Assembly: GCA_964402565.1 (NCBI GenBank)
Contig: CAYOCJ010000002.1
Coordinates: 170,982 to 234,981, forward strand
Source: an uncultured Gammaproteobacteria bacterium
Lineage (GTDB): Bacteria; Patescibacteriota; Patescibacteriia; UBA1558; 2-01-FULL-52-15
Length of the DNA stretch: 64,000 nucleotides
Direction of reading: 5' to 3'
This document shows, piece by piece, positions 56,447 through 64,000 of the stretch (positions are counted from its first letter, which is position 1; the number at the start of each line of letters is the position of its first letter). A program made the translations under genes and the position numbers. The notes below the pieces were generated by a model. The model was not told where the DNA came from, made no database searches, and worked only from the letters and a program-made list of their open reading frames with translations.

Positions 56447-59178
56447 AGCTCTATTTCATCCATCTCTGCCCAATTCTGTCCAGCTTTTACATCGACCGCG
56501 AGGGGTATTTCAAATTTTTCGACATTTTCCATCGCTTGCTTGATAGCATTTGCTGCTTTCGTGATATCTTCCTTCGCAACTTCAAATACCAATTCATCAT
56601 GCACTTGCAGAAGCATTTTCGCCGGCAACGTGCCGTTTGTGATTTCTCTTGCGCACGCGATCATGGCAAGTTTCATAAGATCAGCAGCAGTGCCCTGCAA
56701 CGGCATATTGATGGCCATGCGCTCTGCTTGCGCAACCAGCATCGGCGCGGAAGAGTATATTTCTGGTAAACGGCGTTTGCGACCATAGATAGTGGTGACG
56801 AAGCCATGCGCATGAGCAAATGATTTGGTATCATCGAGATATTTTTTCAGTTTTTTGTAAAGCCCGAAATACTTTTCGATAAATTCCTTTGCTTCGAGAC
56901 GTGTGATGCCAGTGCGTTGCGACAGGCCTGTAGAGCCAAGGCCGTAAATGACGCCGAAGTTTACTTCTTTTGCTGTGCGGCGGATATCCGGCGTGACCTT
57001 CGCAAGCGGTATACCATGAATTTCGGCTGCAGTCCGTGCATGAATATCTTCGCCCTTCTTGAAGCTCGCAAGCATGGTTGGGTCTTTCGAAATGATAGCA
57101 GCAAGCCGAAGCTCGATCTGGGAATAATCCGCTGAGATCAGTACTTTACCTTTTGGCGCGATGAAGGCTTTGCGAATAGCGCGGCCTAGTTCAGTGCGAA
57201 CAGGGATATTTTGGAGATTCGGGTTATTTGAAGAAAGCCTGCCAGTGGCCGCCACAGTTTGATTATAATCAGTATGAATACGTTTATCATCAATGTCTAT
57301 TTCATCGGGGAGCGTGGTGACATAGGTATTCATGAGTTTCGTCAACTCGCGATATTCGAGGATGAGGTTGATGATCGGGTGTGCTGTGCGTAATTTCTCT
57401 AACTCGTCTGCTGCAGTAGAGAGGCCGGTTTTTTTTCGTTTGATGCCTTTGCTATCGATAGCAAGTTTCTCGAATAAGATCTCTTTCAGTTGAAGCGGTG
57501 AGGCGATATTGAATTCAGAGCCAGCAAGCCCGTGGATCCTTTTTTTCAGGGTTTCTACGCGCTTGCCCAATTCTTTTTCCATTATTTTCAGATACGGGAC
57601 ATCAAGCAGGATGCCGTCATGCTCCATGTGCGCGAGTATCGGTATGAGCGGCGTATCGATCTTTTCCAAGACGAGATCTAGTTTTTCTTTCTTGATCAAT
57701 GGTTCAAGTTTTTCATAGAGCCGGAAGCACATATCGGCATCAGCTGCGCCATACTGTGCGAGCTTGTCAGGATCGATGGCTTTAATATCCAAATTCTTCT
57801 TTTTTTTGGGCTTATCATCAGCAGGAGCATCAACTAAGTCAGTCAGTGTTTGCATTTGCGCGCCAAGATAGGTGAATGCCAGCTCTTCGATTTTCAGGCT
57901 GCGATCAGGGTGGAGGAGGTATCCTGCAAGCAAGGTATCATAGTACAGACCCTGCATCTCGAGCCCGAAATGGCTGAGTATTTGATAGTCGTATTTGATA
58001 TTGTGTCCGATCTTTTGTATCTTTTCATTCTCAATAATAGGACCGAGATGTTTTTTGAAAGCATCTTTCTGCTCAGCGGTCCTCGTGTGAATGAAGACTG
58101 CTTTTTTTGCGCCCCAGGAAATACTGGAGCCCAGGATTTCTGCATGCAAGGTATCGAGTCCGGTGGTTTCAGTATCGATGGCTATCATTTTTTCCCTGGC
58201 GAGACTCGCGGCAAGTTTTTTCATGCCGGCTTCAGTGTCGATGACCTCGTATACCAAAGTCGCCTTCTTTTTCGCCGGCGCTATGGCGGTTGCGATGCTC
58301 GAGCCATTGCTATTCGGCAACTTTGCTAAGAGCGATTTAAATTCAAGCTTCTGGAAGAGTTTGGTAACTTTCGCAAGATCAAAGTTATTGATATTCGCTT
58401 TTTCCAGATCAAACTTTACTTTCAGGTCGGTAATGATCGTTGCCAGCATCTTGCTCTGGAAAGCCATGTCTTTCTGGTCTTTCAGAAGTTGCCGGGTACG
58501 ATCTTTGATCTTCTTTGATTCTATATTTTTATAAATGCCCTCGAGGGTATCAAAATTTTTCAGCAGATCAATGGCACCCTTCTCGCCAATGCCTTTGACG
58601 CCGGGGATATTGTCTGAGGCATCGCCTTTGAGCGATTTCAGATCGATAATTTGTTTCGGCGTGAGCTCGAAGCGAGCTTTCACCGCAGCTTCATTGTAGA
58701 TCAAAGTATCGTTGATGCTCTGGCGCATGGTATAGACCACAACCTTTTTATTTATCAGCTGCAAGGTATCCATATCGCCGGAAACGATGATGACTTCGAG
58801 GTCTTTTTCCTTTGCACATTGCGCGGCGACAGAACCAATCACATCATCAGCCTCGTATCCTGGAATACCAAGCTTCGGGATGTTCAGCGCTTCGAGAATA
58901 TCTTCGATGATCGAGATCTGATCGATGAAGTCCTTATCCGGAGCTTCACGCTGGGCTTTATATTCTTTGTACTCCTTATGCCTGAATGTTTCACCCGGCA
59001 GATCAAAAGCCGCCACGATGTAATCAGGCTTCAATTCTTTCATGAGACGGAGCAGTATAGCAGAGAAGCCATACGCCGCGTTGACCATCAATCCGTCCTT
59101 CGTCGTCAATGTCGGCGGTATCGCATGATAGGCGCGATGTAATAATGCAAAGGTATCGATGATGGCAAGCTTTTTCAT
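56443..59178 (-). CDS. polA: DNA polymerase I
   Basis: 5'-3' exonuclease N-domain (MKKLAIIDTFALLHRAYHA...), a 3'-5' exo-like domain, and polymerase motifs A/B/C (RRTAKEVNFGVIYG, ...QVHDELVFE). Start taken at MKKLAI (cat at 59176-59178). The ORF-track N-terminal extension is rejected. Confidence 0.93.
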   Translation of the reverse strand: MKKLAIIDTFALLHRAYHAIPPTLTTKDGLMVNAAYGFSAILLRLMKELKPDYIVAAFDLPGETFRHKEYKEYKAQREAPDKDFIDQISIIEDILEALNIPKLGIPGYEADDVIGSVAAQCAKEKDLEVIIVSGDMDTLQLINKKVVVYTMRQSINDTLIYNEAAVKARFELTPKQIIDLKSLKGDASDNIPGVKGIGEKGAIDLLKNFDTLEGIYKNIESKKIKDRTRQLLKDQKDMAFQSKMLATIITDLKVKFDLEKANINNFDLAKVTKLFQKLEFKSLLAKLPNSNGSSIATAIAPAKKKATLVYEVIDTEAGMKKLAASLAREKMIAIDTETTGLDTLHAEILGSSISWGAKKAVFIHTRTAEQKDAFKKHLGPIIENEKIQKIGHNIKYDYQILSHFGLEMQGLYYDTLLAGYLLHPDRSLKIEELAFTYLGAQMQTLTDLVDAPADDKPKKKKNLDIKAIDPDKLAQYGAADADMCFRLYEKLEPLIKKEKLDLVLEKIDTPLIPILAHMEHDGILLDVPYLKIMEKELGKRVETLKKRIHGLAGSEFNIASPLQLKEILFEKLAIDSKGIKRKKTGLSTAADELEKLRTAHPIINLILEYRELTKLMNTYVTTLPDEIDIDDKRIHTDYNQTVAATGRLSSNNPNLQNIPVRTELGRAIRKAFIAPKGKVLISADYSQIELRLAAIISKDPTMLASFKKGEDIHARTAAEIHGIPLAKVTPDIRRTAKEVNFGVIYGLGSTGLSQRTGITRLEAKEFIEKYFGLYKKLKKYLDDTKSFAHAHGFVTTIYGRKRRLPEIYSSAPMLVAQAERMAINMPLQGTAADLMKLAMIACAREITNGTLPAKMLLQVHDELVFEVAKEDITKAANAIKQAMENVEKFEIPLAVDVKAGQNWAEMDEIEL

Positions 59179-59310
59179 AGGCGTATAGTAGCAGAGTAGG
59201 TTAAAAAAACAATTGACGGAAAAGCCGCTCCTTGCTAGGCTAGCCGGTACTTCGATGCATGGTGTATCGATGTTTTTTTGTCCTTTTCTCAACTGAAAGC
59301 GAGGTGCGCC

Positions 59311-60120
59311 GTGTCCGGCAAGCATACCTGGCTTCTCTTCGAAGCCATCAGAAAGTCGAAGGGCGAGAACATCCCCAAGCGTGGAGCGCTTCTGGTCTCG
59401 AACAGCTCCATGCTTTTCGTGAAAAACCGCCATTTGGATTTTTTTCTGGTACTCATGCAAAAGTACGGTGAGCAGATGAGCGTTCCCCTGCGCGTGGACA
59501 TCCAGTCGCTGCGGGTTTCTTTGCAACGCAGCTCCGGTCATCATTACTCGATGGTGGACCGCGGCGACTATCATTCCGGCTATCTGTTCGCCGTCCCGGA
59601 ACATTTCCCAGCTTCCCTGCTCCTCGCGAGTGATGCTACACCCATCGCGGAAATCCCGCCGAAGCTCGTCGTCGTACGATCAAAGACGAAAGAAAAAAAG
59701 CCGCATCCTTTGGCTGAGCATATCGTCGAGTACAACTTCACGCATAGCCATGTGGCGACGCTGACCTTCGAATTTGGCAAGGTCTGGGTGACGCGAAAAG
59801 CGTTTCGCAGATTCGAGCTCCGTTCCGGGCAGCTGAAGCGCAAGAAGAAAAATCGCGATGACTACGAGCTGTTGCTTGATCTGATAGCGGCGCTCCGGCG
59901 TTCGATCCTGGTGTACCGCAGAAACACGGTTCGCCAGCTCATCCGCTATCGATTCAAGGAAGCGAAGTACCGTATTGCGCAAGTCGGCGATGGCGGCCAC
60001 TGGGTGTTTGTCATGAGCCCCGAAGGTCTTCTGAAAACGGCCTATATCAAGAGCTACATCAGACGTCTGTATTACGCTGCGCCTCCTGAAGCAGGAACCA
60101 GCGCCAAAAAAGGAGCATGA
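59311..60120 (+). CDS. hypothetical basic protein (high-GC island 3)
   Basis: GTG at 59311 with SD gaggtg (the ORF track used an upstream TTG at 59278). Arg/Lys-rich with no recognised domain. About 58% GC. Confidence 0.45.
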   Translation: MSGKHTWLLFEAIRKSKGENIPKRGALLVSNSSMLFVKNRHLDFFLVLMQKYGEQMSVPLRVDIQSLRVSLQRSSGHHYSMVDRGDYHSGYLFAVPEHFPASLLLASDATPIAEIPPKLVVVRSKTKEKKPHPLAEHIVEYNFTHSHVATLTFEFGKVWVTRKAFRRFELRSGQLKRKKKNRDDYELLLDLIAALRRSILVYRRNTVRQLIRYRFKEAKYRIAQVGDGGHWVFVMSPEGLLKTAYIKSYIRRLYYAAPPEAGTSAKKGA

Positions 60121-60121
60121 A

Positions 60122-60616
60122 ATGAAATCGGCTCTTCGTCTGGCCCCGGTCGGGTTGTTGAACGGGAAGTTTCTGGCTACCAAGTCGATGGATTTTCCTG
60201 CGATGACCGCCCGGCAGCTCGCGGCTCTCAAGAATTTCATTGCCGTGTCGAAAGACGCGACCGAGTTTGCCCGGAAAGCGATCATCTGGATGATCGACCA
60301 AAGCGACAGGTTGACCGTACCGGTCGCATTGTCGATCGATGGATCCCATCAGGCCCTGGCAGAGGAAGTCGCGTGCGGAGCGCATGACATGAACAGCTCG
60401 CATGCCTCGACTCGCATCGGCCTGTTCCTCGACGGTATGGGTTCGCCCATGTTTCTGTACAGCCACGAGGGTTGCTACGTGGGCAGCGTTTTCGATGTGA
60501 AGGCCAAAGGCCTCACCACGTGGCTCAGCCCCGAGCTCTTCAGCGAGGAGCTTTTCAAGCCCGAGGTTCTGAGCTTCGACATCGAAGCGATCAGGGCCGT
60601 GAAGCTCGAGATGTAA
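60122..60616 (+). CDS. hypothetical protein (high-GC island 3)
   Basis: ATG with SD aaggag. 164 aa. Terminator at 60634-60680. Confidence 0.45.
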   Translation: MKSALRLAPVGLLNGKFLATKSMDFPAMTARQLAALKNFIAVSKDATEFARKAIIWMIDQSDRLTVPVALSIDGSHQALAEEVACGAHDMNSSHASTRIGLFLDGMGSPMFLYSHEGCYVGSVFDVKAKGLTTWLSPELFSEELFKPEVLSFDIEAIRAVKLEM

Positions 60617-60633
60617 CTTCAGTTGATTGCATC

Positions 60634-60680
60634 AAATTCGGCTGGGATGTCCCAAAGGGATGTCCCAGCCGACTTGTTTT
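60634..60680 (+). terminator. intrinsic terminator ending island 3
   Basis: cggctgg-gatgtcccaaagggatgtc-ccagccg followed by acttgttttt. Confidence 0.55.
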
Positions 60681-60727
60681 TATGGATACTTTTTGTTACC
60701 GTATAGCAAGTTTTCTGAACGTGTAGT

Positions 60728-60801
60728 GGCACGATGGCCAAGTGGTAAGGCATGGGTCTGCAAAACCCTTATCGCGGGTTCGATTCCCGCTCGTGCCTCC
60801 A
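60728..60801 (+). tRNA. tRNA-Cys (anticodon GCA), CCA encoded
   Basis: Acceptor GGCACGA/TCGTGCC. Anticodon stem GGGT/ACCC with loop CUGCAAA (U33, GCA, A37). T-arm GCGGG-TTCGATT-CCCGC. Followed by a T-rich run. Confidence 0.88.
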
Positions 60802-60854
60802 GGTTTACTTTTTTGTTTTTAGCCCGTTTTATTAGTTACAAACGAATTAAAGAA

Positions 60855-61062
60855 GTAGGGAATCGAAAGGTATCCGAAGCGGCGTCCGGTGGACGTCGAT
60901 GAGGAACCCGGCGACGAAGGAGCGACGAGCGGGAACCCGCAGGGTCGTGAGTCGCGGGTGAGGAGGATTCCCGCTCGCCGATAGGTCCTGAGCTTGCCGA
61001 AGGATGCCTCCAGTCATTAACAAAGAAACAGCCCCGCACTTTTGTGCGGGGCTGCTTTAGTT
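60855..61062 (+). ncRNA. putative structured small RNA (~200 nt, GC-rich, own intrinsic terminator); identity unresolved
   Basis: Non-coding intergenic stretch with nested stems (cgagcgggaa/ttcccgctcg, cgtcg/cgacg, gtcc-ggt-ggac). It ends in terminator cagccccgcac-tttt-gtgcggggctg followed by cttt. No plus-strand gene lies downstream. Confidence 0.4.
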
Positions 61063-61067
61063 GATAT

Positions 61068-61553
61068 TTATAGGATTTCCATCCGAAGGTACCGTGCACC
61101 GAACGCTCGGGAGAATTGTTTGTCAGCTGACCAAATGTCTACTTGTTTGTTATAACGGATATTCATTCGGTCTTCAACGACGAAGATCTTCTCGCCATAG
61201 AGATCCGGGAAACGAACCTTGGTCCCTTTAGGCAGGTAATTGGTGGCGACGATGCCATCGCGGACCTGCGTCCCGAAAGCAGTGATGAAAGGCGTAGAGT
61301 CTGTCTGGCCGGGTTCGCTATTGTATGAGGTCACGACGATATTGATCGTTTTTTTGCTCGGTATATATGCGTCTTTGCGGGCAGCTACATGCAATAAGCT
61401 TGCCTTCGAGGCTGTGCCAGTGTCGAATACTAACGATTCAGAATTGAATTCATGGCCTTGCAGCCCCGTATACGGAAATAGTAAAGCAACAAGGGAAAAA
61501 AGCGCCATTGTGGCTAGTCGTTTCTGCGCTTTAGAATTTGCTATATGTAGCAT
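61068..61553 (-). CDS. 3D-domain (MltA-like, cell-wall-binding) secreted protein
   Basis: Signal MLHIANSKAQKRLATMALFSLVALLF. C-terminal TAFGTQVRDGIVATNYLPKGTKVRFPDLYGEKIFVVEDRMN...DIW carries the three conserved Asp residues of the 3D domain. Confidence 0.65.
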   Translation of the reverse strand: MLHIANSKAQKRLATMALFSLVALLFPYTGLQGHEFNSESLVFDTGTASKASLLHVAARKDAYIPSKKTINIVVTSYNSEPGQTDSTPFITAFGTQVRDGIVATNYLPKGTKVRFPDLYGEKIFVVEDRMNIRYNKQVDIWSADKQFSRAFGARYLRMEIL

Positions 61554-61730
61554 ATAATTGCTTTTAAACAAAAAATTCCAAGCTATACTTGGAACTAGCA
61601 TACTGTTTTGTTTTTATTTCTGATTGAACACTATAGCAGATATCCGTAAATGTGTCAACCCTTGTGACGTCGCTTCAAAGAAATAAACAATTAAAAAACC
61701 AGCTGTTTATAGGGCAGCCGGCTTTTATTC

Positions 61731-62021
61731 TTACTGTGTTACCGCTTGCGTATCAGTCGCAAAATCAGGGCTTTGGAGGTTTTCCAATGAAGGCTCGCTG
61801 TTAAAGTTATACTCCTGATCCATAGAGGTCATTTCCTCGTCGATGTTATTGAGTAATTCGCTGTCGCTGCTCTTGTCATACGACGTTGCTGTCTGGTTAT
61901 TCGGGGCAAAAAGCGATGAGCCTTTATTGCCTCCATTTGGTATAACGAAAATAACTGCGAGCGCAAGGATCAGGCCTACGGCGAGTGCGATGAGAACAAT
62001 GCGATTGTATTTAGCGGTCAT
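61731..62021 (-). CDS. small membrane-anchored hypothetical protein
   Basis: N-terminal TM (IVLIALAVGLILALAVIFVI), then an acidic tail. Confidence 0.4.
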   Translation of the reverse strand: MTAKYNRIVLIALAVGLILALAVIFVIPNGGNKGSSLFAPNNQTATSYDKSSDSELLNNIDEEMTSMDQEYNFNSEPSLENLQSPDFATDTQAVTQ

Positions 62022-62033
62022 AGCCGATAATAA

Positions 62034-62840
62034 TTATGGCTGTACATCTGGTGTTGACGTAGGACTTGGCGGTTTCACGCCCAACGCTGATCTCAACTTC
62101 GTGATTATCTCTCGAGATAATTTCCGAGCGTCTCTCAGATGCTGATGCGCTTCATGGAATGCCTGCAGCCCGTTGGTGAAAAGATCTTTGTGGTCGCCAG
62201 GCGTCTTGATCTGTTCGAATGCATCGCGAGCTTTGGTATAGCTATCTTCTGCAGCCTTCACTTCATCAGTAAATTGCTTATTCAGATCTATCAAGTCCTG
62301 AGATGGCTGGAAGCGCTGGAATAGTGCGCTGAATTTATCTTCGATGGCGTGGAATCGATCTATGGTTCGCCGGATGCCGCTGCCGGTGATTAGTCCGAGG
62401 TAATAGGTGACTGTGTTTTGTTTGTCCAGCCAATAGTTTTTGATCGCGGCGACCTGGTGATTAATCTCGGTATCGGTTTTTGCATTATTTGCAGTGATCG
62501 TCTGCGTCTGAATGAAGGAAATGCTTTCATTGATAGATTTAACGATGGAGGTGCGCTGATCATCGCTTAGATCTTTCGTTCCTTCGATGGCAGAACGTAA
62601 ATTTGTCAGGTAGCTGACTAGCCGCTGGCCTGCAAGCATGATAAAGGGTGCTTTGCGCTGCGTTGGTTCTGCGACTGGCTCTATTTTTTCCGCACGGATC
62701 GATTTTGGTACATTGGTCGGGCGATCAGGGTTCGTCGGATCAATGACCGGGTGCAAAGTTTCAGCAAACGCAGAAGACATCGGTGCGGTGAACAGCAGTC
62801 CGGCAAGCAAAGCAATTGTAAAGTGTTTTGATGGATGCAT
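62034..62840 (-). CDS. secreted helical hypothetical protein
   Basis: Signal peptide MHPSKHFTIALLAGLLFTAPMSSAFA. The rest is predicted alpha-helical. Confidence 0.45.
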   Translation of the reverse strand: MHPSKHFTIALLAGLLFTAPMSSAFAETLHPVIDPTNPDRPTNVPKSIRAEKIEPVAEPTQRKAPFIMLAGQRLVSYLTNLRSAIEGTKDLSDDQRTSIVKSINESISFIQTQTITANNAKTDTEINHQVAAIKNYWLDKQNTVTYYLGLITGSGIRRTIDRFHAIEDKFSALFQRFQPSQDLIDLNKQFTDEVKAAEDSYTKARDAFEQIKTPGDHKDLFTNGLQAFHEAHQHLRDARKLSREIITKLRSALGVKPPSPTSTPDVQP

Positions 62841-62903
62841 AGTCTATGCGCCTAGCTCATTTGCAGTATAGCACAGCGCCCGTGATTTGAGAAAATTTTA
62901 CCT

Positions 62904-64000
62904 TCAGCGTGCTCGTATTTGATCTGCTTGTTCGAAATTCACTGAGAGCAGCTGCGAAATGCCGTCATTCCCCATGCTGACGCCATAGAGTATCTTTGCT
63001 TGATGCATGGTTGCCCGATTATGTGTAATGGTGATGAACTGGCTTTTATCCAGTAATTCACTGATGATCTCAGCAAAGCGGATCGAGTTTGCTTCATCGA
63101 GCGCTGCATCGACTTCGTCCAAGACGACGAATGGAGGAGGGTTATTTGCAATGATCGAGCAGATCAGGGCTATGGCAGTCATGGCCTTTTCACCTCCCGA
63201 CAGCATAGTAATGCTCGCTAATTTTTTGCCGGGCGGAGTTGCTTGAATTTCGATCGTATAGTCGAAGCGGTTATTACGGATGCGCGGCCCGGTTTTTTTC
63301 TTTTCTGTATCGGCATCTTCGTCCTCGTCGTCTGCCTCAGGATCTTCTTCGGCTTCAGGCTCTTCCTTTGGCGTTTGTATCTCGAGTATCAGCTTCGCGC
63401 TCCCGCCGTTGAACAGCCTCTTGAAGTATTTGGCGAATAGCGCATTGATATTCTTGAACGAATGCTGGAATTGCTTATTGATATGCTCATCAAGCTCCTT
63501 GATCAATTCAAGCAGAGATTTTTCTGCAGCCCTCAGGTCGGTCGTTTGTTTGGTAAGGAATTCATGTTTATCATGAACTTCGGTATATTCTTTGACCGTT
63601 TCGGTGTCGATGCCGCCAATGATATTGAGCTGTTTTTTTAGGGTTTCGATCTGCTCTCGCACTTGCTCGGCATGCACAGTGCCGAATTCTTTTTGTACCG
63701 TAAAGCCCGGTGCTTCTTGAGTAATTTCGCGGTCCAGCTCTTCTTTCCGCGTTTCAAGCTTCGCGAGATCAACCTTGACCCCGGTCAATGCATTGTTCTT
63801 AACGGTCGAATCGAATTGCAAGGTGCGCAGCTTTTTTTGGATACTCAACAGCTCTTTCTTTTTTTCCTCCTCAAGCGTATTGAAATTGTCTATTTCATTT
63901 CTGAGCTTCTGTATCGATGATTCCTTTGCCTGCAATTCTTTCTCAATCAATGCCAGTTCTTCTGCTATCGAGCTCCGATCACCTTTAGCATCGCCCAGTT
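62904..64000 (-). CDS. smc: chromosome segregation protein SMC (C-terminal part; N-terminus beyond the window end)
   Basis: C-terminal ABC head with signature LSGGEKAMTAIALI, Walker B VVLDEVDAALD and D-loop. Coiled-coil upstream. The frame is open to the window edge. Confidence 0.85.
   Translation of the reverse strand, partial: LGDAKGDRSSIAEELALIEKELQAKESSIQKLRNEIDNFNTLEEEKKKELLSIQKKLRTLQFDSTVKNNALTGVKVDLAKLETRKEELDREITQEAPGFTVQKEFGTVHAEQVREQIETLKKQLNIIGGIDTETVKEYTEVHDKHEFLTKQTTDLRAAEKSLLELIKELDEHINKQFQHSFKNINALFAKYFKRLFNGGSAKLILEIQTPKEEPEAEEDPEADDEDEDADTEKKKTGPRIRNNRFDYTIEIQATPPGKKLASITMLSGGEKAMTAIALICSIIANNPPPFVVLDEVDAALDEANSIRFAEIISELLDKSQFITITHNRATMHQAKILYGVSMGNDGISQLLSVNFEQADQIRAR

Noticed and set aside
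59179-59604. 142-aa N-terminal extension of polA in the ORF track
   Set aside because: No similarity to the Pol I 5'-exonuclease. The conserved N-terminus begins at MKKLAIIDTF.
60855-61062. RNase P RNA or tmRNA for the structured intergenic RNA
   Set aside because: Too short. It lacks the GGAAAGUCCGG / ACAGAAxCCGGCUUA P4 strands and the tmRNA tag/acceptor features.
1-64000. Possible alternative genetic code (TGA = Gly, code 25) because of the PAP2/DedA in-frame TGA
   Set aside because: rpoB, rpoC, polA, ftsK, uvrB and others are full length under the standard code. Other genes terminate with TAA/TGA normally. Genome-wide recoding is therefore not supported.
1-64000. CRISPR arrays, rRNA genes, IS transposases, integrases
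   Set aside because: No regularly spaced short direct repeats, no rRNA-like conserved stretches, and no DDE, tyrosine or serine recombinase motifs in any frame.

Overview
This 64 kb window is a low-GC (about 43% by eye), gene-dense bacterial region coding mostly on the minus strand. The content is core housekeeping plus cell-envelope genes: guaA, recA, ftsK, rpoC, rpoB, rarA, ruvA, uvrB, rpsT, holA, polA, a partial smc, a D-Ala-D-Ala carboxypeptidase, an M23 peptidase and a FemAB-family transferase. There is a type IV pilus locus (pilB, pilC, a PilX-like gene, a pseudopilin and a 915-aa pilin-like gene) with a Wzy_C/O-antigen-ligase-like gene and a Wzx-like flippase immediately upstream. I also call two tRNAs (Ser-CGA on the minus strand, Cys-GCA on the plus strand) and a putative structured ncRNA of about 200 nt. 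The gene content (pili with giant pilins, very few biosynthetic genes) resembles a reduced Patescibacteria/CPR-like genome, though that cannot be established from one window.

The observations that deserve a second look:
- A roughly 4.1 kb cassette next to tRNA-Ser. A 19-bp direct repeat of the tRNA 3' end (6031-6049) sits about 4 kb from the gene. Apparently perfect 261-bp inverted repeats, each with three GC-rich hairpins, bound the cassette at 6177-6437 and 9839-10099. The cargo is a polyprenyl-phosphate handling trio: GT2, DedA-family and PAP2.
- The DedA reading frame is contiguous with the PAP2 frame across a single TGA.
- Three short high-GC islands (about 57-60% GC) carry only hypothetical secreted or membrane proteins. 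One directly abuts tRNA-Cys.
- An FAD-synthetase-N-domain::TruB fusion gene.
- A large imperfect palindromic element after uvrB.
- Two small Cys-rich ORFs that each have a strong SD and their own terminator.

No CRISPR array, rRNA or recognisable integrase/transposase was seen.
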